A DNA stretch of 53,958 bases from Minisyncoccota bacterium (GCA_035495115.1 DATJGJ010000014.1:1-53958), one strand, 5' to 3'; counted from the stretch's first letter, positions 8,437 through 17,874 are shown. Notes: generated by a model from the letters alone, not told the origin. Program-made: numbers and translations.

Positions 8437-11400
8437 TTACTTTTGATCCCAAGAACCACCACCTTGTGCCGTATCTGAAGTGTCAGTGTTTGAACTGTGC
8501 CCGTGCGTCCTTAGGTAAACACGGAGATACCAACCGACACCACCCCCAATGATGACTACAAGCAGAACAAGCACGATGTTCAACGGATATTTATATTTTT
8601 CGGTAAATGGGACGACAGGACCGGCTGGCGCAACATATGCAACATTTACAGTCTCGGCACCAACAGTTGCTGTTGGCAGATTATTTTCATCAATATACGA
8701 GGTTAACTGCGCAGTATCATACTCGGGCTGAAGCGCGGTTGGGTTTCCATAATAAAGCACGTATGACTGGCCAGGATCTACTTGAAATATAACTGCATAT
8801 AGTGGAACAGAAACACTCACTCGATTGGTGACTGAGAGAGGCGGATTATCATCGTTGACGATCGACAGTCGCACATAACGCGCTCGAACGGGCTGATAAG
8901 ATACATAGTTTGATGCACCATTGAATATTGACGTCGAGATGCGAGAAATAGATCCTTCTCCATTACTTCTCCAGTTAACTGCATCGTCAGAAATAGCTAC
9001 CACGACACGACGGATATAATTTGCGCTCTCAGGATTTACGTTGAGGTCTACCCTATCACTCAGGCGTCCGACTGAACCGAGATCAACGGTAACATCAGTT
9101 GTTTTCTTTTTTGGATCATTGAACACAGTCGCGTTGAGCGACATTGTATCTCTACCGACTATTGTCTCTATATCGCGCTGCGCAGTCATTCCAGTAACTG
9201 TCACAGGATCTTTATCACCTTCACTGATCACTATTTTGAGATATCGCGCTGCAGTAGCAGGGATAGATACGGAATACTTTCCAGACGTAGCACCGGTCGT
9301 TGGATCAGTTACTCGAAAAATAAATCCGTTCGAAGTAACAAGCGACCATGCGTTGCTCTCAGTTGGTAATTGCGAGTCAGAAGAATACACGTGCACCTGG
9401 CTTCTGAAATCAGTAGAAGTGCGAGCAACGCTAATATTCAGACTAGAATAAACTGTCGCCTTCGTACCCATGTCAGCCACAAAAACCGTTGACCCACTCA
9501 ATGTAGACGTGAGCCCTATCAGACGAGCGTTGAGCGTTGGGCCTGACGAAGTCTGATTTTGACTGAGCACATATGGAACCTCATTGCCTTGTTTGTCGAT
9601 AATACGCACATCAGCGAATTGACCAGTTCTCGACGTCCATGAAATATCTGTTGGCAGTACCGCCTTCACAAAACCAGAGGCTGACGGAACAGTGAGCGAA
9701 CGTGCATATTGCCAATCACTCAACGTGAATGCTGCTTCAGCGATGTTGGCGTGAGATATGCCAGCAAGAGCAGCTGTGCCTATGCCGATAAATAATGCAA
9801 GCGATATAATCTGCTTCAAACGGTCTTTGTACTTTATGTAACCGAATGAAACAGCAAGAGCGATAACACCGAAAGCTATGAACGAGATAATGCGATAGAG
9901 CTCGCCGAGATTCCACACATCAACGAGCACCTTGAACGCTGTGACAAAGAAGAGGACAAGGCCAAAACGGCGGAGACTTGCCATTCTACGGGCAAATCCA
10001 ATCGCTGTGAGTACTGCCGCATATAGTGTCCAAAGAATAGAGACGAGCGTATTTGATACATTACGATTACTGGTAATCGTTTCATTATATGTCTTGTTAA
10101 TTTGGTCTACTTGCGCACGAGTATCATACCCATTTGAATATTGTCGAGAATTGGCAACTGTCGCCTGATAATTCTGCGTAAGCTTGTTTGACGCTGCCGC
10201 ATAGTATGAGGTGATCTGCATCGTAAGTGCCCAGAGCGACAACACATTCGCAATAATGAAGAATGCGACGATGCCTCGTTGGCGAATCTCAGCGGTAATG
10301 CTGCCATAACGATTGTATATATGCGCGATGAGATATGCTGCTACGACTGCAAGAGCCAGTACGATGAATGGTGCATTGAAGAATGGCGTGAATTCCAAAC
10401 CATGGTTTGTATTCAAGTACCAATATAGATAGTCGAACAAACCGAGACAATACACAATAAGTCCCATGACCTGAAAACCACGGTTACTGATCACTGAAGC
10501 TATAGCATAGAGCACACAGGCTTCGATGAACCATGCAACAGCTATCCAAGGGCCGGAGAACTGAAGTGGTACGGCGATTGATAAAAATACGACTGCTAAA
10601 CCAGGCAGAAATATATTGAGCGCTGTATCTTGAGGATTTGCCTTATTGACCATGAATACGACGATCATATAGATAGCAGCTACGAGGACAGAGGCGAAGC
10701 CGAGAACATTGTGATACTGAGGATTGAGTAAAACGTATACTATCGTTGCAAATGAAAATGCATTGACACCCATGAGCAGGTAGTCAGCTTCATCCGCTTT
10801 GACGCCAGCAGTGATACCCCGAGCAACCTGAGCGACCAAGAAGATAAGGAATGTCACGATACAGAAAAGTAATACGGGCGGCATGTCAGTCGAGACGTAG
10901 AACGCGCCGAACCACATCATGAAATTAATCGCGGTTCCGACAAATGAAGCCAGATTGAGGCGAGGCCACTTTTTGAAGAAAGAAATGCCGAGAACGCCAA
11001 CGTTGATGAGTGTCATGTACATGAATAGGGTCATCATTGCATTGTCGTGTGAGCCCACCAGTGTTGGCGTAGCAAATGCACCTATCACTGAGACGAGTGC
11101 GAGAGTTTGAGTTGCATTGGTGATACTGATCGCAAAAGCGAGCAATGTTACCAAGAACATAAAGATACCTGTTGTCCCTGAATCAATAAGGTTGTAGAAC
11201 GAATGAGCGGAAAATACTGAGAGGTACAATATTGCGATACCTCCACCCATAATCAAATCAGAATACTGGAGATATTTTGAACGTATATACTGACCGACAC
11301 CGAGAAAGCCCAGACCAGCAATAATACCGATCATCACTCGACCCGCTGGACCGATCCAGTTGTTATCAAACGCATATTTCAAAAAGAACGCGACGCCGAT

Positions 11401-11733
11401 CAACACAGCTGCTATACCGATGCGTCCAAGGATGCGCCCTGATGAGTCTTCAGAAGATATGATATCAACTGTACCTTTTGCACTGGATGATTCAGGTTTT
11501 TGAAGAGGAGATGTTGTTGCAGGTTGAGCCGGATACCCAGCAGCTGAGGGTGCCGCAGGAACATTCTGCTGTACCGAGGAAACAGGGATAGGCGCTCCTG
11601 CCTTCATTTTTTCTTTGAGCTCTGCCACCGTCTTCTCAAGAGCGCTCAACCGAGCGGAGTGGCCCGAAATCATCACAAAAGCGACAAATGGCAGACCGAG
11701 AAGTACGATTGGTATCAAATAGAGTATGAGCAT
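8437..11733 (-). CDS. DUF2339-like polytopic membrane protein fused to a DUF3999-like extracellular domain with a C-terminal TM anchor
   Basis: GRIGIAAVLIGVAFFLKYAFDNNWIGP and KVLVDVWNLGELYRIISF (DUF2339-type); WQYARSL..FADVRIID..G.EVPY and YVLYYGNP..P.YD (DUF3999-type). Confidence 0.75.
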   Translation of the reverse strand: MLILYLIPIVLLGLPFVAFVMISGHSARLSALEKTVAELKEKMKAGAPIPVSSVQQNVPAAPSAAGYPAQPATTSPLQKPESSSAKGTVDIISSEDSSGRILGRIGIAAVLIGVAFFLKYAFDNNWIGPAGRVMIGIIAGLGFLGVGQYIRSKYLQYSDLIMGGGIAILYLSVFSAHSFYNLIDSGTTGIFMFLVTLLAFAISITNATQTLALVSVIGAFATPTLVGSHDNAMMTLFMYMTLINVGVLGISFFKKWPRLNLASFVGTAINFMMWFGAFYVSTDMPPVLLFCIVTFLIFLVAQVARGITAGVKADEADYLLMGVNAFSFATIVYVLLNPQYHNVLGFASVLVAAIYMIVVFMVNKANPQDTALNIFLPGLAVVFLSIAVPLQFSGPWIAVAWFIEACVLYAIASVISNRGFQVMGLIVYCLGLFDYLYWYLNTNHGLEFTPFFNAPFIVLALAVVAAYLIAHIYNRYGSITAEIRQRGIVAFFIIANVLSLWALTMQITSYYAAASNKLTQNYQATVANSRQYSNGYDTRAQVDQINKTYNETITSNRNVSNTLVSILWTLYAAVLTAIGFARRMASLRRFGLVLFFVTAFKVLVDVWNLGELYRIISFIAFGVIALAVSFGYIKYKDRLKQIISLALFIGIGTAALAGISHANIAEAAFTLSDWQYARSLTVPSASGFVKAVLPTDISWTSRTGQFADVRIIDKQGNEVPYVLSQNQTSSGPTLNARLIGLTSTLSGSTVFVADMGTKATVYSSLNISVARTSTDFRSQVHVYSSDSQLPTESNAWSLVTSNGFIFRVTDPTTGATSGKYSVSIPATAARYLKIVISEGDKDPVTVTGMTAQRDIETIVGRDTMSLNATVFNDPKKKTTDVTVDLGSVGRLSDRVDLNVNPESANYIRRVVVAISDDAVNWRSNGEGSISRISTSIFNGASNYVSYQPVRARYVRLSIVNDDNPPLSVTNRVSVSVPLYAVIFQVDPGQSYVLYYGNPTALQPEYDTAQLTSYIDENNLPTATVGAETVNVAYVAPAGPVVPFTEKYKYPLNIVLVLLVVIIGGGVGWYLRVYLRTHGHSSNTDTSDTAQGGGSWDQK

Positions 11734-11782
11734 GGTAGTAGCTAGCTAATTACGACTTTTATTAATATGTCTTAGATTATAC

Positions 11783-11816
11783 CACGCAAAAATCCGCCAA
11801 AGCGGATTTTTGCGTG
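11783..11816. terminator. Terminator hairpin downstream of tRNA-Ile
   Basis: Perfect 15-bp IR cacgcaaaaatccgc-caaa-gcggatttttgcgtg. Confidence 0.75.
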
Positions 11817-11890
11817 TGCGCGCAAGGTTGCCTTATGTAGTGATTATTGTGCGCGCAAGGTTGCTTTATGTAGTGATTATTGTGCGCGCA
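11815..11890 (-). repeat. 33-bp tandem repeat (two full units plus 10 nt) containing the tRNA-Ile 3' end
   Basis: tgtgcgcgcaaggttgc(c/t)ttatgtagtgattat x2, then tgtgcgcgca overlapping the tRNA acceptor stem. Confidence 0.9.
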
Positions 11891-11955
11891 CTAGGATTCG
11901 AACCTAGGACCCCACCAGTATCAGTGGTGTGCTCTACCAACTGAGCTATGCGCGC
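11883..11955 (-). tRNA. tRNA-Ile(GAT)
   Basis: Cloverleaf GCGCGCA/TGCGCGC, anticodon stem CACCA/TGGTG, loop CTGATAC, GGTTCGAATCC; no encoded CCA. Confidence 0.95.
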
Positions 11956-12031
11956 GTACACAGAAATCTAACAGAAAAAAGGCAAAAATACCAGTACCGC
12001 GCAACGAAAGTCATGCTACCATACATATATC

Positions 12032-12547
12032 ATGGACATGATGCGAAACGAAAAATACATACATCGCCTCTTTGATATCAGCTTGATACTCAAGGGTGCC
12101 CATTCAATCATTGAGATCATCGGCGGTTTTGTCGTGCTTTTCATCAGTCAGGATTTCATCACCAGAATGGTTTTGTCGATCACACAAGAAGAGTTGTCTG
12201 ACGATCCGACTGATGCTTTCGCAAACTACCTCATTCACCTCGCTCAATCGTTTTCTATCTCATCTCAGCACTTTATCGCTTTCTATCTCTTGAGCCACGG
12301 TATCGTCAAAGGCTTTCTCGTCTACAACTTGTTCAAAGAAAAGCTCTGGGCCTACCCGCTCGCTATTGTTGTCTTTACACTCTTCGGAATCTACCAGATA
12401 TTCGAATTCTTTCATCGTGGATCGCTCTGGCTCCTCGCACTCACGGTACTCGACATCATCGTCATCGCGCTTACCTGGCATGAGTATAGGTATATGGAGA
12501 AAACCGGCATCAAACCGAAGTGGGACAGTGAGGAAAAAGCACTCTAA
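12032..12547 (+). CDS. DUF2127 family membrane protein
   Basis: LKGAHSIIEIIGG, ELSDDPTD, FYLLSHGIVK, LTWHEY. Confidence 0.85.
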   Translation: MDMMRNEKYIHRLFDISLILKGAHSIIEIIGGFVVLFISQDFITRMVLSITQEELSDDPTDAFANYLIHLAQSFSISSQHFIAFYLLSHGIVKGFLVYNLFKEKLWAYPLAIVVFTLFGIYQIFEFFHRGSLWLLALTVLDIIVIALTWHEYRYMEKTGIKPKWDSEEKAL

Positions 12548-12555
12548 GGTACGTA

Positions 12556-13116
12556 TTACTGATGTACCACATCATAGCGAAGTATCACAGCACCATTCTG
12601 GAAAGGTCTTGATTCACGTAATGTTAAATTACGCTGCTTGTTTGCATCAGTGAACAAATGTCGTCCTTTTCCCAAAATAGTTGGAGCAACGCATAGGCGA
12701 ATCTCATCGAAAAGCCCCGCATTCATCAATGACACAGACAATGTGCCACTGCCGAAAACGTACAGAGGACCACCCTCCTCTTGTTTGAGGCGCTGTATAT
12801 CGCTGACTGCATCACGAACGATGGTTGTATTGTTCCATTCAGCCTTCTCTCGCGTTCGCGAACAAACGATCTTCGCTATACTGTTCATGATCGGCGCTAC
12901 CTGCGGGTCTGTAGCATCAGCACCCGACCAGTATTCGGCCATGCCTTTGTATGTATTTTCACCGAAGACAAGCACACTTGCCTCTGATAGCTGAGTGAGA
13001 ATCAGGGCTTCGAGCTCAGGTCCCCATACGAGCTGATGGAACGAGAGATCCCACGGCTTCTCTCCTTCAAAACAACCATCGAGAGTCACCACATTCCACA
13101 TAATAAGTTTTCTCAT
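12556..13116 (-). CDS. Dihydrofolate reductase family (RibD C-terminal-like) protein
   Basis: MRKLIMWNVVTLDG, FGENTY, VFGSGTL, GLFDEIRL..P.ILGKG. Confidence 0.88.
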   Translation of the reverse strand: MRKLIMWNVVTLDGCFEGEKPWDLSFHQLVWGPELEALILTQLSEASVLVFGENTYKGMAEYWSGADATDPQVAPIMNSIAKIVCSRTREKAEWNNTTIVRDAVSDIQRLKQEEGGPLYVFGSGTLSVSLMNAGLFDEIRLCVAPTILGKGRHLFTDANKQRNLTLRESRPFQNGAVILRYDVVHQ

Positions 13117-13165
13117 ATATGTATATTAATTGAAAAAAGAAGAAGGGGCAAACAATGCTTCACGG

Positions 13166-15505
13166 TCAAGCCAACCTCGCATACGCCTGCTTGGCCAGCT
13201 CAGAGACCTGCATCCAAAAGAATGACCAGACCCAGACAAGGATGATGAGCGACAACGATATGGGCGCTGTCAGGAAGCCGGTAAATGCCAAGGCTGTGGC
13301 AATCAATTGAGTCGTAACTGTGGCAAAGATGACTTGCTTGCTCGGCAGATATTTGAACCATGCATCTTTGGTATGAGCGACATAAACAAGCATATGACCG
13401 GAGACAGTGAGCTTAAGGAAGAACATTGTCTGGATCAAAGGCCACGGCAAATGCAACCAAGCAACCATGATGTAGAGCAGAATAAGACTATTGGCGACGC
13501 CTGTGAGACCAAAGAGCGTACTTAGAGTGAAGCGCTTTTTTGCATCGATATGCGCAGGTTTTTCCGTGGCTTTGACACGATCAAAGGCGAGTGAGATGAT
13601 CGGTACATCATTCAGGAACGCTAATATAATGAGCTGGACCGGCGTCAGTGGATAGGTTTTGAAGATAAGACCGATGACAGCGATAGTGATGATGAGTCGA
13701 AAGCTTTCGGATATACGATAGAGCGAATAGTTGTACAAACGAGCAAAGATATCACGGGCTTCGATGATAGCATCTTTTATGACTGCGATACCGTTCTTCA
13801 ACAACACTATATCAGCCGCACCTTTTAGTGCATCGACTGCCGTAGAAACAGCAAAACCAACATCAGCATTTTTCACAGCTGGCAGGTCGTTGACTCCGTC
13901 GCCAGTCATAGCCACAACATGATGGGCGCGTGCGAGCGAGACTATCTCGTACTTATCTTTTGGCAACACTTCAGCAAAACCACCGATTGAATCGAATCGT
14001 TCTTTCAAAACGACTGCATCGCCGTCCAAAACGCCTCTAGCCACAACATCTCCCTTGATACCGAGTTCACCAGCAATACGCTCACTGATAGCGAGACTAT
14101 CACCCGTGATCATTTTCACTCCGATGCCATTCTGAGACATAAACTCTACTGTTGACTTGGCATCAACATGAAGGCTGTCAGCCAGAAAGAGAATGCCGAC
14201 GAGCGTCATGTTCTTTTCTTCACTGCCCTCTCGGTTGATAGCTATGGCTATGGCCCGATAGCCCCCGTCGGCCCCCTTTTGAACAGCCTCATCAAATCTC
14301 TTTCGATTGTCGACATCCAAAGCGCACAATGACGCAATGATCTGTGGTGCACCAGATGAGATAGCGGACTCTTTGCCGTCTATGGAGACGACAACAGTGC
14401 TTCGTTTCCTCTCCGAATCTCCTGGAGTGTAATCGATAGGAGGGTACGGCTTAATAGACAATGCCTGTGCTTTTTTGAAGATAGCGTCATCAAGCGGATT
14501 GTCGTGCGATTCTGAAACAGCGCTAACCGCATACAGCGCAACATCATGCTCCGTAAAATTATCGAAGGAAATAATACGCTCCACTTTGATGGTGTTTTGA
14601 GTGAGCGTGCCTGTCTTATCAGAAAGTAGCAGGTTAACATTAGCCAGATCTTCGAGAGATGCCAGCCTCCTGACAATCACTTGTTTTTTTGCGAGATTTA
14701 GAATGCCGATCGAGATGATAAGGCTCATAACTGTTGGCAAAGCTACTGGAATACCGGCGATGAGGAGAGAAAGATCGAGTGTAACTACGTCAGTCAATGC
14801 AGAGTGGGTGAAAAGAAGCACTGCGGTCAAAACGATCACAATGAATATGCTTATGATGGAGATGAATTTTGAAACGGACAGTATGTCTTTCTCAAGGGAG
14901 CTTTGACGAGGCTTTACGTCAACAGAGACAATCGTCTTACCAAAAAAAGTGGAGGCGCCAGTCGCAGTCACTGTACCGATGCCATTGCCCGTTGTCACAT
15001 ATGATCCTGAATATGAAATGTCGCCAGCCTTTTTTTCCTTTGGCAAAGATTCGCCAGTGAGAACAGACTCATTGATGGAAAGGTTTTTTGACTCGAGGAT
15101 GGAAATATCGGCTGGCACAACTGCGCCAATCTTGAGCATGATCACATCCCCTTCTACTAGACCGACTGAGTCGATGAGCGTCCACGCTCCATCACGGAAT
15201 ACCGGCACCTTGACGGCAAGATGCGCTTGGAGCTGTTTGATCGATTTGTCTGCCTTTCTTTCATGCCACATACCGATGGCAGAGTTGGATACAAACAAGA
15301 ATAAGATAATCCAAAAATTAACGTCATTGCCGCTGTATAAAGACAGAAAAGCAGCCGCGAGAAGCATGAGCGGTATGAGGGAAAACAAATTCTTTGCAAC
15401 AACAAGGAATAGGTTCTTCTTTTTCTCAGGAAGGCTGTTTGGGCCGTTCCTTTGGAGCATGAGGGATGCTTGTTGTGATGTAAGTCCCAGGTATTTTGTA
15501 GTCAT
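13166..15505 (-). CDS. P-type ATPase, probable type IIIA plasma-membrane H+-efflux ATPase
   Basis: LTGESLP, IPVALP, DKTGTLT, MITGD, TGDGVNDLPA, ND.PIISLAFD; start at ATG 15505. Confidence 0.9.
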   Translation of the reverse strand: MTTKYLGLTSQQASLMLQRNGPNSLPEKKKNLFLVVAKNLFSLIPLMLLAAAFLSLYSGNDVNFWIILFLFVSNSAIGMWHERKADKSIKQLQAHLAVKVPVFRDGAWTLIDSVGLVEGDVIMLKIGAVVPADISILESKNLSINESVLTGESLPKEKKAGDISYSGSYVTTGNGIGTVTATGASTFFGKTIVSVDVKPRQSSLEKDILSVSKFISIISIFIVIVLTAVLLFTHSALTDVVTLDLSLLIAGIPVALPTVMSLIISIGILNLAKKQVIVRRLASLEDLANVNLLLSDKTGTLTQNTIKVERIISFDNFTEHDVALYAVSAVSESHDNPLDDAIFKKAQALSIKPYPPIDYTPGDSERKRSTVVVSIDGKESAISSGAPQIIASLCALDVDNRKRFDEAVQKGADGGYRAIAIAINREGSEEKNMTLVGILFLADSLHVDAKSTVEFMSQNGIGVKMITGDSLAISERIAGELGIKGDVVARGVLDGDAVVLKERFDSIGGFAEVLPKDKYEIVSLARAHHVVAMTGDGVNDLPAVKNADVGFAVSTAVDALKGAADIVLLKNGIAVIKDAIIEARDIFARLYNYSLYRISESFRLIITIAVIGLIFKTYPLTPVQLIILAFLNDVPIISLAFDRVKATEKPAHIDAKKRFTLSTLFGLTGVANSLILLYIMVAWLHLPWPLIQTMFFLKLTVSGHMLVYVAHTKDAWFKYLPSKQVIFATVTTQLIATALAFTGFLTAPISLSLIILVWVWSFFWMQVSELAKQAYARLA

Positions 15506-15529
15506 ATCAATCCATTGTATAATATGGAC

Positions 15530-15958
15530 ATGAATAATCACAGACATATACTCAAAGAGATCGCGAAATTCGCGACCGGACTGGTCACAGCGGATTTTAT
15601 TGTGGCGCTTTGGCTCTTAGATTCAACTATCAGACCCCTCAACTTTTGGGGCGTTACTTTTACTCCATCCATACTTGAAGCCGGTATGGCATTCGACATT
15701 ATTCTGCTCGCCATTCTCATCCATTATGCTTGGCATGCAGATGTACACACTCCATCGATGAGACAACGGACTTTATTCATCGTCGTTGGCGTTATTATGG
15801 GCATTGTCGGTTTGGCGCATCTGTTCCGACTCATCTTTGGTGTGAGCATAGACATCGGAAACTGGGCTGCCCCTTTCTGGCTCAGTTGGATTGGCACCAT
15901 CGTTGCCCTCTACATATCCTATACGAGTTTTAGATTTGCGGCCCATTCAAGGAAATAG
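15530..15958 (+). CDS. Small multi-pass membrane protein
   Basis: Four hydrophobic segments; TATAAT 6 nt before ATG 15530. Confidence 0.7.
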   Translation: MNNHRHILKEIAKFATGLVTADFIVALWLLDSTIRPLNFWGVTFTPSILEAGMAFDIILLAILIHYAWHADVHTPSMRQRTLFIVVGVIMGIVGLAHLFRLIFGVSIDIGNWAAPFWLSWIGTIVALYISYTSFRFAAHSRK

Positions 15959-16038
15959 GGACAGATCTTTGCGACTTTTAATCTATCATTGGGCACGACT
16001 CAAGCATCTATAAATGCTTCTATTTTAACTTTGGGCTG

Positions 16039-16224
16039 GCCAGACTTGGATTCGACCGCGCCTCTCACTTCGCTACCCGCTCCGTTCGGGCTGGTCACCG
16101 GCTCGCACCCGTAGGCGTGCTCGCCTACGGACTCCGCTACGCTCCGTGTGCTCCGCCGTTCGAATCCTGCGCCTGTCATCACTCACTCACTTCGTTCGTT
16201 ACGTGCTGCCAGACTTGGATTCGA
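16039..16224 (-). mobile_element. Miniature palindromic element downstream of tRNA-Gln, bracketed by a 17-bp direct repeat of the tRNA 3' end
   Basis: gccagacttggattcga at 16039-16055 and 16208-16224; internal IR ggattcgacc...gttcgaatcc and hairpin ccgtaggcg-tgct-cgcctacgg. Confidence 0.6.
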
Positions 16225-16276
16225 ACCAAGATACACAGCTCCAGAGGCTGCGGTCCTACCATTAGACGATCTGGCA
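16206..16276 (-). tRNA. tRNA-Gln(CTG)
   Basis: TGCCAGA/TCTGGCA acceptor, GCAGC-CTCTGGA-GCTGT anticodon arm, CTTGGTTCGAATCCAAG T-arm. Confidence 0.93.
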
Positions 16277-16303
16277 ATTTCAAATACCCTTTACTTGGGT
16301 ACC

Positions 16304-16332
16304 TTGCAGAATAACCTAAAAAACAGTATAAA
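16304..16332 (+). promoter_or_regulatory. Sigma70-type promoter TTGCAG-17-TATAAA
   Basis: Exact 17-nt spacer; 25/31 identical to the promoter region at 17082-17112. Confidence 0.65.
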
Positions 16333-16357
16333 TCAAACAAAGGAGACCCTTAGAACA

Positions 16358-17011
16358 ATGAAAATCATTACCAACCCTATCGAGGCCCGCGAGGCTTTGA
16401 AACGGCACAGCATCCCCACCCATCTCTGGGATGGCGGGAATTACAAAACGATCGAACAGTTGATGGAAAGCTTAGAGACCGATGCGATCCAGCTCGAAGA
16501 GCATGACAACCATGGATCGAAGAGCTTAATTCTCCGTGTGAATGTCGTTGTTGCGCACATTCAAGTCTTCAAAGAAAACACTGACACGTGGCACAAGCTC
16601 TACGAGCACAGCGTTTTTTCGCCAAAAACGAATGAATGGAAAAGTCGGCAGCAGTTCAACGGCAGTGTCGCAGGAAAACCACTCCGATCTGAGCCCCTTA
16701 ACTCACAGGGTTTACTCACAGCAATCCAGCGTGAGATCGGTGAAGAACTAGGACAGACTGAACCGCGCTTCAAGCGCCCCGGTCACTACGAGCTTGTTCC
16801 TCGTCACCGCGAGACAGTGGTTGCCTGCGACTGTTATCCAGGGCTACCTGAACATTTCGTTCGCCAGCACTTCCGATGCCTCATTCATCCCAAATTGTAT
16901 CGCAAAAAATACGTTCATGTTGACGAAAAATCGCGACGTATCACAACCTTCAAGTGGGATCCGTTGATATGCCAAGAATACCCTGAGGATGAGATCGTCC
17001 TGGCCAACTGA
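16358..17011 (+). CDS. Hypothetical protein, possible NUDIX-like fold; paralog of the next gene
   Basis: SD AAGGAG before ATG 16358; IPTHLW...KTIEQL and AIQREIGEELG (NUDIX-box-like). Confidence 0.7.
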   Translation: MKIITNPIEAREALKRHSIPTHLWDGGNYKTIEQLMESLETDAIQLEEHDNHGSKSLILRVNVVVAHIQVFKENTDTWHKLYEHSVFSPKTNEWKSRQQFNGSVAGKPLRSEPLNSQGLLTAIQREIGEELGQTEPRFKRPGHYELVPRHRETVVACDCYPGLPEHFVRQHFRCLIHPKLYRKKYVHVDEKSRRITTFKWDPLICQEYPEDEIVLAN

Positions 17012-17043
17012 CACCAGCGAGTCGAGCTTTACACTTAACTCGC

Positions 17044-17068
17044 ACCCTGTAGCAATACAGGGTTTTTT
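17044..17068 (+). terminator. Rho-independent terminator
   Basis: accctgta-gcaa-tacagggt followed by a T-run. Confidence 0.8.
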
Positions 17069-17083
17069 ATTTGATATATAGCC

Positions 17084-17112
17084 TTGCGCAATCACGTAAA
17101 AAACGCTATAAA
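17084..17112 (+). promoter_or_regulatory. Sigma70-type promoter TTGCGC-17-TATAAA
   Basis: Exact 17-nt spacer; homologous to 16302-16332. Confidence 0.65.
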
Positions 17113-17162
17113 AGCAAGCGGACTTCGCAGTAAACCAAAACCAAATAATGGAGGAAACGATT

Positions 17163-17819
17163 ATGCAAAAAAATGAGAAATCAACCGCTGGGGAAATGAC
17201 TCTTGCCCAGTGGCGAGAAAAGGCTCTAAACATTGCAAAAGAAGAGTTGGCCGCAGCAATTACTCCCTATTTTCAAAAAATGGGAATCGACACTGAAATG
17301 TGGGGCAAGACCCCAGGAACACGTTCCTTTGATGACTTTATCACGGCTATGGCTCGACACGATATCCGTATGGAATACGAACTAGGATCGAAAACTTTCG
17401 AAATTGATACCTTGATTCTCAAGATGAGATATCGTATCGGAGACAGGATATGGGAATTGCGCAAAATCTCTGAAGAATACCCCGACGGCAGAGAACAGCA
17501 AACTACTTATCCGTCCTATTTGTTTAGTAACATCACCGGACAAGAGACATCATATACAGCGGCGCTTCGGTGCTTAAGTGAAATCGAACCGAAAATCAAC
17601 TGGTTCGATAAACTTGATAAATTCAGTATCACTCGTGACAGGATTGAGACATTTGAACCACAGGCATCACCTGAATATCCCGGCTTGTCGTTTACCAACA
17701 ATCAGCGCGTGCTAATTTGTGCGATACACTCTGAGTCACTCTACTCAGAGCAATATTTCGTAGTGGTGAATGATATCAAAAACTACTACGGTTGGATGGA
17801 GCTCGATCTGCCCAAATAA
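17163..17819 (+). CDS. Hypothetical protein, possible NUDIX-like fold; diverged paralog of 16358-17011
   Basis: SD GGAGG before ATG 17163; GIDTEMWG, E.YPDGR, ETSYTAALRCLSEI, SPEYPGL (vs CDCYPGL in the paralog). Confidence 0.7.
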   Translation: MQKNEKSTAGEMTLAQWREKALNIAKEELAAAITPYFQKMGIDTEMWGKTPGTRSFDDFITAMARHDIRMEYELGSKTFEIDTLILKMRYRIGDRIWELRKISEEYPDGREQQTTYPSYLFSNITGQETSYTAALRCLSEIEPKINWFDKLDKFSITRDRIETFEPQASPEYPGLSFTNNQRVLICAIHSESLYSEQYFVVVNDIKNYYGWMELDLPK

Positions 17820-17843
17820 CATACATACTTTTTGTGTAAACAC

Positions 17844-17874
17844 ACCGCGCTTCAGCACTGAAGCGCGGTTTTTT
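17844..17874. terminator. Terminator between convergent genes
   Basis: accgcgcttcag/ctgaagcgcggt followed by TTTTT. Confidence 0.8.

Noticed and set aside
11815-11890. Possible CRISPR array
   Set aside because: Units are contiguous with no unique spacers, they include the tRNA 3' end, and no cas genes are present
16056-16205. Possible tRNA intron
   Set aside because: tRNA-Gln is already complete and uninterrupted; no group I/II core or BHB motif was recognised
16148-16357. N-terminal 70 codons of the ORF-track call 16148..17011
   Set aside because: Overlaps tRNA-Gln and the palindromic element; promoter and SD point to ATG 16358
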